Position numbers and translations under genes: made by a program
Shown: positions 38,106 through 52,115 of the stretch, in pieces
Layout: every line of letters begins with the position of its first letter
Position numbering within the stretch: position 1 is the first letter of the stretch
Notes under the pieces: generated by a model
What the model saw: the letters and a program-made list of their open reading frames with translations, nothing else
Told to the model about the DNA's origin: nothing
Database searches by the model: none
Assembly (NCBI GenBank): GCA_964106915.2
Contig: OZ066920.1
DNA from: Podarcis gaigeae
Lineage: Eukaryota
Direction: 5' to 3' (one strand)
DNA length: 64,000 nt

Positions 38106-41007
38106 CCTTATGTGACTTGACATCTAAGGTTGTGGGTTGTATGTTAGTACAGAAAACTGGATCATATCCACAAAGGAAGAGCCTTAGACTTCACAAAGAG
38201 TCAAGAACAAGGGTGATTTAAAAAAAGAACAAGGATGATCAAATGTAACAATCAGAAGGCAGAGAAGTAATGCAAGTATTTCAATGTAATTAGATAGTGT
38301 GGTCCATAGGGACTGCAGCCCATAAAGGACTAATGTTGAATTACACAATAACTTTAAGTCACACAATAACTTTATGTCTCCCAGAGGGTATCTGAGCTAC
38401 ATGAAGACTTTCTGCTAACAGTTGCTGTAGAAACTGTGGAAGATCTAACAGAATTATAATTTCTTGGGTGTCTGTGTGGCGGTGGGCTATTTATAATTAC
38501 TGCTGAGTCTATTTAACATGCTACTTGTCCTGGGAGCTTCTTTGGAAAAAGCACCACCAAAGCACCTGACAGAATTAAGGAAGGGAGGCTCTGCCTGTTC
38601 GAAGCTAGCCTTGCTGCCTCAGTCGACCGATAATTGAGGTCATCCTTGCAACTTTCTCATTGCTTTAAAAGGGGGGTTATCGAATCAGTGTAGCTGGCCA
38701 GCGATGTACCTGAATGTGTGATGCTGCACAAAGAAGAACTGGTATTCAGCCAAACAAGTAGTTACAGCATATGCTCTAGTATTTGGTATAAATTTAGTAT
38801 GCCCTGGTTACTGACACACACAGTGGAAAAAAGATGTACAGCTTGAGGATAAGTGGGTATGCTTTACTGAATTTATTCCTTGCCCTACATGCACTTATGG
38901 AATGGCACACTGCTCACTTCTGCTTGTGGCACTTCAGTAGCTGATTGATGTGCGCTAATCGAATAGGGATGTTAGTATACAGGATCCAGATAGTCTATCC
39001 TACTTCACCGAGGCAGGATTCATTAAGTTACACCTACAGGATATTTATCTTTTTGCCTCTGCTCAAAAAACCTGCCACAAAATATGTGAGGCATGAATCT
39101 TTTAATGTTCCTCAATAGAAAACATTGTAATGGTAGTTAAGGAATAGGATTTCTCCATTTACACAAGAAAAGCTACTTGAAAAGAAGAGTTAAATGGTGC
39201 TCAAATAAGTGTTGAAGGAAAAATGCTGCAGTACTTTCCATTGGAATTATAATTTAAAAAGTCCATGATTCAGAAGGAAAGCAGCTTTCGCATTAAAACT
39301 AATGGTGGCAGTCATAATGCAGAAGGCAGTAGATTCCACAAAAAATTGAAGTTATCGTATTTTAATCTTTTGAAAGGTGCTATTTATTTTATTTCTAAAA
39401 CTTATTTATTTCTTGTCTCTCAAAGAACAGATCGGCAGTATACAACATAGCATCTTTAAAAATATGAAAAAATCTAAACACTAACAAAGACACCAGCTTC
39501 CATTCATCTGAGTGACGAAGAAACAGCTTATCTAGAACTGAGCAATGAAGTGGCCTTGGAGGCACCTTTAGAGAAGCTGCTCTACAGAAATGGAACTGCC
39601 ACTGAGAAAGCCCTAACCCTAGATCTGCCTTCTTTTCTTCCTCTCTCTGTTTCTTTCTTGTCAAGCGTAAGGTTGTAGACCAAACTATTCCAAGCACCAT
39701 ATCCATACCATCTGGTGAAACAAACTGAGACTGAAGTGAGCAAAAGCAGAATGATGAAGCACTGGGCACATCTGTTTCATATCCTGAATAACAGAGGCAT
39801 CCAAGTCAGTTTGGATGTAGTCCCCCCCACCACCACCACAAACAGCCTACCAATAAGTCAGAGAGCTATTATCACCACATCTACATCTTTCATGAGTTCA
39901 AGTTGTAAAAGCCTCTCAACCATTATAAACAGCTTGATGACACTCTGTGGATGCAATGGTGGCAACAGAATGATTTATTTGTGAAGTTTTGGCAACAGTA
40001 TATGTTTTCAAAAATGCTCTAAGCCATGTTCAGCTGGATTTGGCTCTAATTTTCAGCCACAAACATACAGCCAAACTGTCTTTCCTGCAGCCTACAGTCA
40101 TGCAAACTTTCATGAAACCGAGAAGAATAAACCAAAGAGAAGGGGGGAAAATGGTGCCTAAGAGCAATTTCGTCCACTGGTAGTTGCCATTGTTCTTGAG
40201 AAATTGCCTAAAATTGTACAAGCAGCAATTACAAATACTCAGTAATGAGAAAGCACCAGAGCCGAGCCAAAAATGCAACCCTACTTTGGTGACCTTATCT
40301 GCAAATTGCAATGTGGGGTGGCATTACATAGAGATTTCTCCAGGAAGCTACAATAGTTGCCATAAGGCCCCTGCTAATTGTGATCCCACAATTTGAGTGC
40401 ATACTCAATGGAACTATTAGACAAAAGGATCCATAATAGCTCCAAGGCCTCTCTGTGCCTCTGAAGGGCAAGTAGCTTCATGGATCCAATGACACAATCT
40501 CCACTTGATGTTGACATGATGCAACTACAGCCTGGCATTGTATGGGGCTGAGCAACCTTGCAGCAGCAGAAGCCACTGCATGAGGCTGGTGGGCAGAAAG
40601 AGCTTAAGATGTCACAAGGCAAATGGACTCATTAGAAGACGCACTTTGGGAAAGGAAGGAAAGGGCAGAGGAAGGGAACAGCAGTCTCCTCCTCACACTG
40701 CTCTTCACCATAGTCCCCATTTATTATTTACATTTGTTAATCATCTTTTAACTCAGGCCACCATGTGATACACAAATGTACTACACACTTGTATTACTTC
40801 CTGTCATTCTCCACAGAAGGAATCCCAGAATATGTAACAAGAGGAATGTGAATTTTTTCAGCAAAAACCAATTGTGCAACTGGGTTGATCATCAGGTTCT
40901 ACACATGAAGAGGAAAACATCTTCAACAAGTCTATGAAGGAACTGTGGACTTTCACAGGTACTAAAGGGAACTGGGAACTTAGTATTTTTAGCTTCCAAC
41001 CATGACC

Positions 41008-41080
41008 TAGAATCATAGAATCGTAGAGTTGGAAGGGATCCTAAAGTTCATCTAGTCTAACCCCCTGCAGTGCAGGAATT
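41008..41080 (-). mobile_element. CR1-type 3' tail (SINE or LINE end), antisense
   Basis: tagaatcatagaatcgtagagttggaagggatcc...catctagtctaaccccctgca. Confidence 0.75.
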
Positions 41081-41144
41081 TAGATCGAGTTGTTAAATTT
41101 GTACTTGGATTGTACCACTTTGGGCAAATCCTTCTTTCTGACAC

Positions 41145-41520
41145 ATTGGTGCTGACCTTTAAAGCCGTAAACAGCCTCGACCTTGTATACCTGAAGGAGC
41201 ATCTCCACCCCCATCATTCTGCCCGGACGCTGAGGTCCAGCGCCTTCTGGTGGTTCCCTCACTGTGAGAGGCCAAGTTACAGGGAACCAGGCAGAGGGCC
41301 TTCTCAGTAGTGGCACCCGCCCTGTGGAATGCCCTCCCACCAGATGTCAAAGAGAAAAACAACTACCAGACTTTTAGAAGACATCTGAAGGCAGCCCTGT
41401 TTAGGGAAGCTTTTAATATCTAAAGGACTACTGTATTTTAATATTTTGTTGGAAGCCGCCCAGAGTGGATGGGGAAGCCCAGCCAGAAGGGCAGGGTATA
41501 AATACATCATCATCATTATT
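41145..41520 (+). mobile_element. L2-clade LINE 3' end, relatively young
   Basis: Encodes LVLTFKAVNSLDLVYLKEHL.PHHSARTLRSS and then RAFSVVAPALWNALP; ends gccgcccagag...gggtataaata(cat)n. Confidence 0.85.
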
Positions 41521-43807
41521 GTTTAGTTTGCTTTGTGGGGAGATTAATTTTATTTCTATATGGAGCAATATTCTATTATGTGAGCCTACACATGAAGTCA
41601 CACAGTTCAGACACAGATTTTTCAGCTTAACTGCTTGATTGTGTAAAATTGGGTAAATTGGTCTTTCAGTTTTGGTTTGTTATTTGGGCTATGTATTTCA
41701 ACATGTATTTCAATTCAGAATATCCATTTCTGTGAGAACTAGGCCCAAATCTGAAGACTCTGCTGTACTGTTAACTAACAATATGGCTTGTTCAGCATAA
41801 CTATCACAACAAGCAATACATTAGCTGCAGCATAAAAATTTCAAAATTTATAATGAATATATCCACAGCACTTTATATACACTGAAGACACAGAATTGTC
41901 CACTTAAATTTACTTCTGCTGCCAGAAGTCCAAAAAAAAATTGTATTCTACAACACTCTCATTCTTTTAGAAGTAATTAACTAAGGCATAGTTTGTATAG
42001 CAATTAAAAAACCACTTGCTTGCAGATGCTTGTAAGCATTATGTATCTTTTCCTTACTGAAAGTNNNNNNNNNNNNNNNNNNNNNNNNNNNNNNNNNNNN
42101 NNNNNNNNNNNNNNNNNNNNNNNNNNNNNNNNNNNNNNNNNNNNNNNNNNNNNNNNNNNNNNNNNNNNNNNNNNNNNNNNNNNNNNNNNNNNNNNNNNNN
42201 NNNNNNNNNNNNNNNNNNNNNNNNNNNNNNNNNNNNNNNNNNNNNNNNNNNNNNNNNNNNNNNNNNNNNNNNNNNNNNNNNNNNNNNNNNNNNNNNNNNN
42301 NNNNNNNNNNNNNNNNNNNNNNNNNNNNNNNNNNNNNNNNNNNNNNNNNNNNNNNNNNNNNNNNNNNNNNNNNNNNNNNNNNNNNNNNNNNNNNNNNNNN
42401 NNNNNNNNNNNNNNNNNNNNGCCTAAATCTGAGGATCCCTCAAGCAGCTATATGGACTTCTACTTTTAAAATGCCTATTACGCTTTCATACTTTTTGCTG
42501 CTTCCTGAAGAGTGCCATTTCGCCAAGCTTAAATAGCAGAAAATTGCACTGCTTTTCCTCTGCCCATCTCCTCAATCTCTATTAACCTGCACAAGAACAA
42601 AGGAATATGATGGTCCAGCTATAGGTTTGGAAATAGGTTTGAAGTTGTTTTTCATTTACTGGTAGTCATCTTTCTGATTCATAAATGTAGTTTAACAATA
42701 ATCTCATTTTAATGTATTAGGAAATGATTGACAATGCAGAATTTTTAATCTTGATGTATGGACGTACACATGACATACAAAGATTCATGCACACTTTTCA
42801 AATATATGAATTCATGTTTACATAAGCTTTGGGTGAAGACAGATCACTCACATAATTTGTTATATCTTAATTAAAGGTATAAATATAAAATTACGCAAAC
42901 AGGAATTTACTCTCTTTAGGCTGTATAAGAACAATAGGATACAACAACAACAACAACAAAAGGAAAATACTGAAACACCTGGTTTTAATGCATGCAGTAG
43001 ACCTTTATTAGATGTCATAAACTAAATGATGCATTACTCTGTGGGCCACTTACAATCTATGAATCTTGAGGTAAAACGGAGGACAAAGAGTTCTTTTGAA
43101 ACAATAAGGTTAAATGTTCTTTCAAATCAAGCCATATTTTATTGAATGCTGAATACCTAACAGTGAGATCTGAGACTATTTCACTTTAATGTTCTAATGC
43201 ATTCCGATATTACCTTTAAGAATAAAGAGTATTTTACCGAAACACATTATATTGTGTATAAGAACCATGTACATACAGCCTATCATCCATTCCAATTGTG
43301 TTACTAAACAAAGAGGAAACCATTTTAAAATTCCTATGGCTGATAAAAATTTGACAGCTCAATGTCCTTTCTAAGCAATTAAATTAAAATTTATATGGGT
43401 TGTCATACATACTTGCACACACAAAGGTAATTTTGTCCATTTTAAAATGTTTTTTTCTTTTCTTTTTTTTAAAGAGGAGAAGATCTGCTTTGTATTTAAA
43501 AAGATAAAAGAATGTTTTTGAAAATGACAATTGCTGGCTAGCCATCGATTCCTAGCTTTAATCTCATAGCCTACTCAAATTTCCCATTATGTCTCACTGA
43601 GGCTTAGACGGATAGAAAGGCCGAACTATGGCCTTCAACAAAAATGGAGGGGGGGTGTGGGGTGTTGTAGCATTAAGACACACAGCTGTTGCTCACAAAC
43701 TGCAAACACTGGAATAACTCGCTGCATGTTTTGCCTACTTTGCTGCTAATAAAGTGTTTTGCATGCTTTCTATAAACACTACTCTTAAATTTTATAATCT
43801 AGTACAT

Positions 43808-44219
43808 NNNNNNNNNNNNNNNNNNNNNNNNNNNNNNNNNNNNNNNNNNNNNNNNNNNNNNNNNNNNNNNNNNNNNNNNNNNNNNNNNNNNNNNNNNNNN
43901 NNNNNNNNNNNNNNNNNNNNNNNNNNNNNNNNNNNNNNNNNNNNNNNNNNNNNNNNNNNNNNNNNNNNNNNNNNNNNNNNNNNNNNNNNNNNNNNNNNNN
44001 NNNNNNNNNNNTGCCACAGGCAGNNNNNNNNNNNNNNNNNNNNNNNNNNNNNNNNNNNNNNNNNNNNNNNNNNNNNNNNNNNNNNNNNNNNNNNNNNNNN
44101 NNNNNNNNNNNNNNNNNNNNNNNNNNNNNNNNNNNNNNNNNNNNNNNNNNNNNNNNNNNNNNNNNNNNNNNNNNNNNNNNNNNNNNNNNNNNNNNNNNNN
44201 NNNNNNNNNNNNNNNNNNN
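43808..44219. other. Assembly gaps (N) with a 12-bp island at 44012-44023. Other gaps: 1772-2055, 11992-12235, 13038-13169, 27159-27402, 30261-30448, 42065-42420, 45817-45996
   Basis: Direct reading. Confidence 0.98.
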
Positions 44220-47176
44220 TTCAGGGTATACATAAATTGTCTGTTTTCTTTTATCAAACTGGGCATTTATTTCCATCTTGCAAGGGTGAATGTCATCCCT
44301 GCCACCCTCAGCCCTTAGTGGCCTGACACCATCATTTGCCGAGGATCGTCGTTGGTGCTGATTTCCTAATTGTGCTACTATTTTGAAGCAGAAATTTCTA
44401 CTCCATGCTCCTCCTCCTATCTAATTCCACCCCCCTCCAGGAATCTCTAATGTCAAGGACAAAGCTGTAATAGCGTTACAAAGAATGACCCCCACCTCTA
44501 AAGTACACTGATCTTTCTTTTTCAATGGCAATACATTAAACAAGGAATTTCATCCCTTGAAGTGATTAAATGAATGCTGAACAAATCTATGTGAACCACT
44601 ACCTAACATATGCAGCAAACACGTTTCTAGAAAGTGTTCTCTCCAAGGTATATTTACCTATTCAGAAGATGCCTTTTAAAATCTCTTCTGTAGTCAATAT
44701 TTCTTTCTTTGACAGACAGAAAAACCATCAAAACGTCACAGAAAAGCACAGTGAATAATAGAAATTTAACATTTGTGAAAGATGTAGTATCCTCAGTTTG
44801 CATGAACAAATCAGCTTGTATGAGCTATAGAACTGCTTCCACAGTGAATGTTAATGAGGTTTTTGCTTCATATTTCCTTATTCAAAATTCTGATCAATAT
44901 CAATGGGTCTGACTCCAGTCCCCACCCCCAACCTGGGTCAACCAGCATTACAGTCTTTTATTTCTCTTGAAGGCTTGGCAAAAATCCTTAATTCAGGTTA
45001 CTAGGCAACCCTGCAGGTGAGAAAATATAATGTTTGGCCTACTCCATCTTAGAAAAAAACATTGCGGCCTAATGCTTTCAAAATAGACTCAGCAAAGCAT
45101 GCACTGATAATTCTCTGCAACATTTTCTAAAGCTGAGGTCAGGAGAAAATTAATTGATGCTGAAAATAATGACAGAAGGAGAGGCACCACTGAGACCTGG
45201 TGTGACTGGCATGTGATAATGTTAGCAAGAATCCCAGCATGTGACTGGACAGTGTTGTGAAAAATATACTTTATGTGAAGGAAAAACAAGTTACAAAACG
45301 TAATTAGTTTTTGACACTTTTTCATATGTTATTATCTTTTCATTTGGAACATTGCCTTGGGACATCAATAGATAAGTATAAATGAAACATTATTATTGTA
45401 AATCTGAAATGGGAAAAGAGATGGCTTTACACTGCACGTCTTCCTTTTACATGTCCTTCTGAATAAACAAAATACCCTCTACAGCCTAAGGTATACAAGT
45501 CACAGAAGACATATCTGCTGGAAGGACAAGGAGATATTTCTTCAATATAATAATCCTGTTGCACATGATTATGCAGTTTTATTCTCAAAATAAGGGGTTT
45601 TGAAAGAAAAGTGGTCTAAAAAGCTATAGGATAATATGCAATTAAATTGTAACACCCAAAGCAATAATGCTTCCCATACAGCAAATGTATTTTTAATTTT
45701 TTTTCCCCAGTGGGGTTTATACCTTGAAGTAATTCACACTGATTACTAAATAACCCTTGTGAGTTGCTTTGTCTTTCGAATTTTAAAAAAATACACTTGC
45801 CGTGAGCAATGAATTTNNNNNNNNNNNNNNNNNNNNNNNNNNNNNNNNNNNNNNNNNNNNNNNNNNNNNNNNNNNNNNNNNNNNNNNNNNNNNNNNNNNN
45901 NNNNNNNNNNNNNNNNNNNNNNNNNNNNNNNNNNNNNNNNNNNNNNNNNNNNNNNNNNNNNNNNNNNNNNNNNNNNNNNNNNNNNNNNNNNNNNNNTCAA
46001 ACAGGAGCAATCCGAATACCATAGTTTTTAATTTACATACATTAGTGAGGTTCAAATGTGGCAATAGCTACAAGCAAGTTCTCTTGCAAACTGAACGCTC
46101 GCCTTGCATAATGGGTTCCCTTTAGCAATTATTCACCAGTGAAGTAACCGGATAAAAATGAAAACAAAGAGGGCAGAAAAAGAAAATCATGATAAAAATG
46201 CCATCATCTGGACTAGGATAATTACTGAAACACAGTGAAGGTCATGTTTATATTAGTTTTAGTAATTTCTTGTAAGATTTCTCTGTATTGAATCCCTAAT
46301 GACATTTCCATCTATGCTTTGCTACTGTATTATTTTTCTTCTACAATGTATTAAGTGTTGCAGCACGGGTTACCCTATTTTAAAACAGCTGGCAGGATAA
46401 CACAAATAGTTTTTATTGACATCAGTTAGAAAAACTGAAATTTCGAAGTTTCTGCTAAATACGTCATTATCAAAATATTATTGGACTAGCCTGAACACTT
46501 AGTAAAGCCAATAGGCTTATAATAAAATACCTCTTAGAGCTGCATCCCTTTTTTTACTGACCACAATATTGAGTCTGAATTCCCAGCAGCATCATTACTA
46601 GACATTTTCTGCCACCTTTCTAAATCTGAAAAGCTTCCTACATTTAGTGAAGATTAGGTAATGCTACAAGCGATCAATAATGGCTATCAATTCCATACCT
46701 TGTTCAGAAGAACAGGTTGATTAAAAGTAAGCAAAATACATGGTTGAATATGTTTTAGACCTAGATGAGCTTCCAAACTGATCCATGGTAAGAAAGAAAA
46801 AATATTCGAAGAAATTAATAATAATAATAATCACTGGGGGGAAATGAGAAAATGCTTAGTTAAGATTGACACTCCTTCCTAGGAGCAGGAGTAGAGAGAG
46901 AAGGCACAAATGAAGAATGATGTATCAGCTACAACTGTGATTTTTCAAGTACTTCTTTAGTTTCTGGCACATCCTTACTGTGTATTACAAGCAGTACTTA
47001 GGAACTTTTTTCTTGGTGTCTTTTAATAATGCCATTTTAAAATGCTTTTATGAAGAATTGGAAAAGGTCTCTTATTAACCATAAAAGGGTCTATTATTGA
47101 CTACATGTTGGGAAAGTCACCCATCATATCTCTCCCAGCAAAAAAAGGTCAACAATGAAATTGAGATTTGAAAATA

Positions 47177-47383
47177 CAGTCGTACCTCCGCTTAGGTATC
47201 CCTCAGTTTACGTAAACTTTGGGATACATAAGCGGCAAACCCGGAAGTATATTTCTGCGCGCATGTGCAGAAGTGCTCTACCGCCACATGTGCGTGTGCA
47301 GAAGCGGTCCCTCCAGTTGTGGAAACCTCAGGATCCAACCGGAGCTCCGGAACAGATCCCACCCGCAACCAGAGGTACCACTG
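47177..47383. mobile_element. Complete Tc1/Mariner-type MITE (207 bp) with TA TSD
   Basis: TA|CAGTCGTACCTC ... GAGGTACCACTG|TA; CpG-rich interior. Confidence 0.88.
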
Positions 47384-49794
47384 TACTGCTTACATTTCCC
47401 TCCAGACACACATAAAATGAATTTACGTGTACATATCAAAATTGGGTAACATATCTGCAAATTACATTGGAAAACAATGGGCTTAAAATTTGAATCCTAA
47501 GCTGGGAGCATATAATAGTGATGTTTTGAACCTGGTTCTGCAAATTTAATACAGGGAAGTTTTTAATTCTCATATGAGAATAGAACCCCTGCAAACAGAT
47601 TCATCAATAGATTGATCTGGTTTATATGTAACACTAAACTATGGTTTAGCGCTACATGGGTGAGCCTCAAGCTCATGCATTCCCCTTCTTCTCTGGCATG
47701 GTGACAATGAGATCCTGCAAGTTTTTGAATCTGTTTTCTATTAACTGTCGCTGAGCCTGGAACTATGGTTAAGCTCAACTATGGTTTAGGGAAAACAAGT
47801 TTGTTTCTTTAAGTCAGGGATGGGAATCTCCCACGGCAAAATCCACATATTTTATCATGCCTTCTGGGTCTCTGCCTGGCTATCAGCGGTGCAGCCAGGA
47901 GAGGAAAAGCTCTGGTGTTGTGTACAGTAACCAATTCCCTATTTTTTCATTTGCAACAAGGTGAATGCAAGATGAGGGGGAAATGTCTCAGCAGCCTTGC
48001 TGACACTGCCTTAAACCATAGTTAACTACAGCTTGCTTGGGTATAGACATAACCAGAAATTTATGAATTTCTGTTCATTGCTGCACCAGTGAAGGAAGGG
48101 GGGATTGTGAGCTTGAGCTTCATCCTCATAATGCTAAACCACAGCTTCATGTTACATTGAAATGAGGCCATTATCTCCAACATGTTCACCAGTCTCTTAA
48201 TAGGGTGTAGTTTGTTTCCATGGATTTTGTTACCTATGTTCATAGGGTATAGAGCTGAACCAAATTTATGCAGTGTTTTTCACAAATAGTGTTGATTACT
48301 TTCTGCATAATCAGTGTGTCAGCCACATGCATAAACATGACAAGCTCTGGGCTGTGTTATATGTGTGTCTTAGAGGCTATGCAATACACAATTGCCCTGC
48401 GCTTACTGGAAGTTTACTCTTTTAAGAGGTTACATATCTTTTAAGGATACAGATAGACTGGATATAAACAATGAACACTCCCAAATACATAACTGTCAAA
48501 ATCATAAATCTATCATCAGTTAATCCTCAATTGTGCAAAAAAAACCCCACAAAAAACCACAACCCTTTATCATCCAATACTACTAAGCGATATTTGTTTG
48601 ATATTACAAATTCTAGTGTCACAGAGCACCACTTTATCTTATTGTGCAAATTGCATCACAAGCCATAGTATGAGTATTGTGCAGCATGAAAAGCTTGAGC
48701 TAGGCATGTCTGAAACACTGTTGTCTTATATTCTAATTTCTCACGAAATTGTGCAATACTGATCACAGATATCACAGACCTGAATTAATTGGTGGAATGT
48801 GTGTTTACGGATAATATTTAGCCATTTTTGAATCTTCAGTTTTGGTTTCCATCTCAAGCTTTAATTTGTAATTGATATTTTGGTCAGGCACTCTCCTTTT
48901 CTTGGGCCATGTAGCACCACTAGCTGTTTCTCTGAGCACTGGTATGACCATTCTCAATGGTATTAATTCCGGGATGACTAACATATGCAGGGTAGTTTTC
49001 TAATAGCTGTTGAAATCATACCAAACCTAAAGAAGCAACGGAAAACTGCCCAGAACACCACCTCATCCTTTAAGGAAGATAAAAATTGCCTTCAACATTT
49101 CAAATAACACATTTTCCATTATGTTTTTTAAAACCTGGGGAAAATATTGCATAGGCTTAGAATCCTACAGTCCAAAAACAGCCGTGGTCAAATTTCTTTA
49201 CTTTCATATTTTTCAACCCCACGTAAAGCAGTTACTATGAAAATAATTTCTAAAGCTTTATTCTTTATTGTTTTTCTATGCAACTAAAAGAAGAACTAGA
49301 AACTAGGCAGGAGAGAACATCCCACCCCCGGAAAAATAATGTTGAAATACAGCTTATTAACACACTTTCTTTTCTATGTGGTCGCATCAGCAAAGCATTA
49401 TAATTAGACTGGTAATATTCAGTTGACATTGAAACACTGTGGTTGTTTACAACTTACAGTTCTGATGCTAGTCCAGCTTCAGCAAAAGAGATTGTTGTTC
49501 TGAGGGATGAGGCAAATTATTTGAAGCAGCATCTACCAAGGTCCTAGGAAATTCCTATTTAATTAAAATTGCAGGGGATCAAGTGCTCCAAAGAGAATGC
49601 CTATTTATTTCTATTTTATCTATGGCTGGTACAAAAAAAGGGATATGCTTTGTTGCTGCCTCATCCACTCCCCCGTCTCTCAGACCATTATTCATTATTG
49701 TGAGATCACCTGAATGAGAACCTAAAATAGCCCTTGAAGGTGTGAGAGATACAACTCTTAACTTTCCTGATTATCCTAGGTTTAGGGGAGGAAA

Positions 49795-50140
49795 GAACCT
49801 GACAAATAATCCCACTGTCATTGTGTGGTCATTACAGTGTCGCATGAGTCTGGACAAGTTATTAGGTCAGACGCTAACTTCCTAAGTAGAAAAATGATGT
49901 GGTCGTCTTTGTCCTTTCTGCAGTAATGGCTGGAGTCAGTACTAATTAAGGGCCTGCGGCAGTGTGGTGCGAGAGAGGTCAGAGACTTCTTTCTGACACC
50001 TAAACAGTGCTCAGCTCAAACGAAGTGCCCCTAATCTGAAATGATGTGGTGTAGAGCTGGCCTTTCAGCTCCACTGTATATTTAAAGGAAAATGACAGTT
50101 AATGACAGGGGTGTCAAAAAGAGCAGATGGAGAGGCTGAG
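49795..50140. promoter_or_regulatory. Candidate conserved enhancer (RUNX, TALE and T-box motif cluster)
   Basis: Four TGTGGT sites (49824, 49898, 49963, 50045), repeated 12-mer AAATGATGTGGT, several TGACA/TGTCA, TAATCC and CTAATTAA; repeat-free with retained CpGs. Confidence 0.45.
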
Positions 50141-51947
50141 GAAAACATAGCTTTATGGTAAAAAAAAATCTACCTACAATTAGTTGCTGCATTTAAAAAC
50201 AGAGCTTACTAAATATACACAAGCAGCTAAGGAATTTGTATTATCTACACTGCTGAAATAATTGCTTTTGACCAAGAAAGATTGTCTACTGCCATTATTT
50301 ATCATGTAGTAATGAAGTGAAATAAAATCTGGTTTCCTACCACATGAACCCATGCAAACAAACTATACATTACCTTCAATTCTCTGCTGCTAAACTAGAA
50401 ACTGGGAAATTCAGTTGCATTTCCTTAAGTTTTTTAAAAAATCTCATTGACTGTAATCCATATCAGTAATTCTTCTTGTAACCATTGCCCACTTTATATA
50501 TATAGAACTTGGGGAAACAAAAGCAGTATCTAAAACAGAAACTACCAAGATTTATTGTCAGTTAGTCATAATACAAACCAGAATAGTTTACTCATTACTC
50601 CAAATCTATACAGTACGTTGGCACAAATCCTTTCCAATCACCCTTTATATCCATCCCCAGTGATGCACTTGCAAGTGTTTGACTGACATTGTATTAATGT
50701 CAGGAATTATTTCAGGCATAGTGAGGTAACACAAAAATTTAAGATGATGTGGCTAGATCTTCCTCTATTTGCCCCGCTTCAGGTATGTGAGTGCACACAT
50801 GTGCATACATGTTTTGTTTGCTTCAGACGGAAACTTGATCCATATTTTCTCTGTTTTATATTTTTCTTTAGACACACTGAAAATAATTTTTTTAGGTGGT
50901 ATAGTTTATAACTATTGTTCACATTACACATAGGAACAGGAATATCTATAAAAAGAAAATATTACTTTTTAATTATTTGCTTCACAACTTAAAAAAACCC
51001 CTGAAGACTCCCCAAACAATTCAGTAAGTTCAAAGTGGTCCTCACTGAAGAAAAATCCCTAACTTCACATATATGCCAATTGTCCAAATTTACTTCCTGG
51101 GTCAGGCTATATGAAGAGTATGTGTGCAATTCTGTTCACCTCAATTTAAAAAAAGTTTACCACAGTGCTAGAAAATGTGAAAAAGAGGCAATGGAAGAAG
51201 ATGCGATGACCACCAGCTCAAATAGCTTTAAAATAGAGGCATTTCAAGCATGGTTATGGGGAGAGGCAAAGTAAATAATTCAAATAAAAAAAACAAACAA
51301 ACATACAAAACTAGCATCAGAGAACAGATCTACTTTTTCATATTTAATAAAATTATTATTATTTCATAAAATTTATATACTACTTGATTGTAGTAAAAAC
51401 CTCAAAGATCTATTTTTGGTAGATCTGGCGACTTAGAGGTGACAAAGCCTCTGAAAAACCAGGTCCTCTGCCCTCTGCTGTTCTCAGTAGGTAGGTGTGT
51501 TGTCCATCTGAAAATGGACCTGGTATGCAGATGTCCGTCACTCATCACTGAAACACTCAGTTCTTTTCTGGCTAACATCACCTCCTTCAGCTCTTAATTA
51601 ATTAGGCTGCTGTAACTTCACACTTTATTCCTCACTGCATTTCATTTTTTTAAAATGCAAAAAGCAAAACGCTAGATTAACAATGCTGAACTACACTGCA
51701 GATATGGCATACACTACCTTCTCCCCAAAATTTCAGCAAAATTGGTATTAACAACCCTAGGTTAGTTTGCAGGGCTGGCACAACTCTAATTATTTCAGCC
51801 TCAAACTTGTCTCCTGCAATAAAGGTATAATAACGGTGGACTACATCAATATTTCAGTTACAGATAGGTAGCCGTGTTGGTCTGCCATAGTCAAAACAAA
51901 AAAATTCCTTCCAGTAGCACCTTAAAGACCAACTAAGTCAGTTCTTG

Positions 51948-51985
51948 GTATGAGCTTTCGTGTGCATGCACACTTCTTCAGATAC
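51948..51985 (-). ncRNA. Minimal type I hammerhead ribozyme motif, identical copy on the minus (host-gene sense) strand
   Basis: gtatgagctttcgtgtgcatgcacacttcttcagatac is the exact reverse complement of 52116-52153. Confidence 0.8.
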
Positions 51986-52115
51986 ACTGAAACAGAAGTT
52001 TCCAGACCCTTCTATATAGTGAGAAGTTGGGGAGGGGTATTACTCAGAAGGGTGGTGGGAATACCCCTCCCCAACTTCTCACTATATAGAAGGGTCTGGA
52101 AACTTCTGTTTCAGT

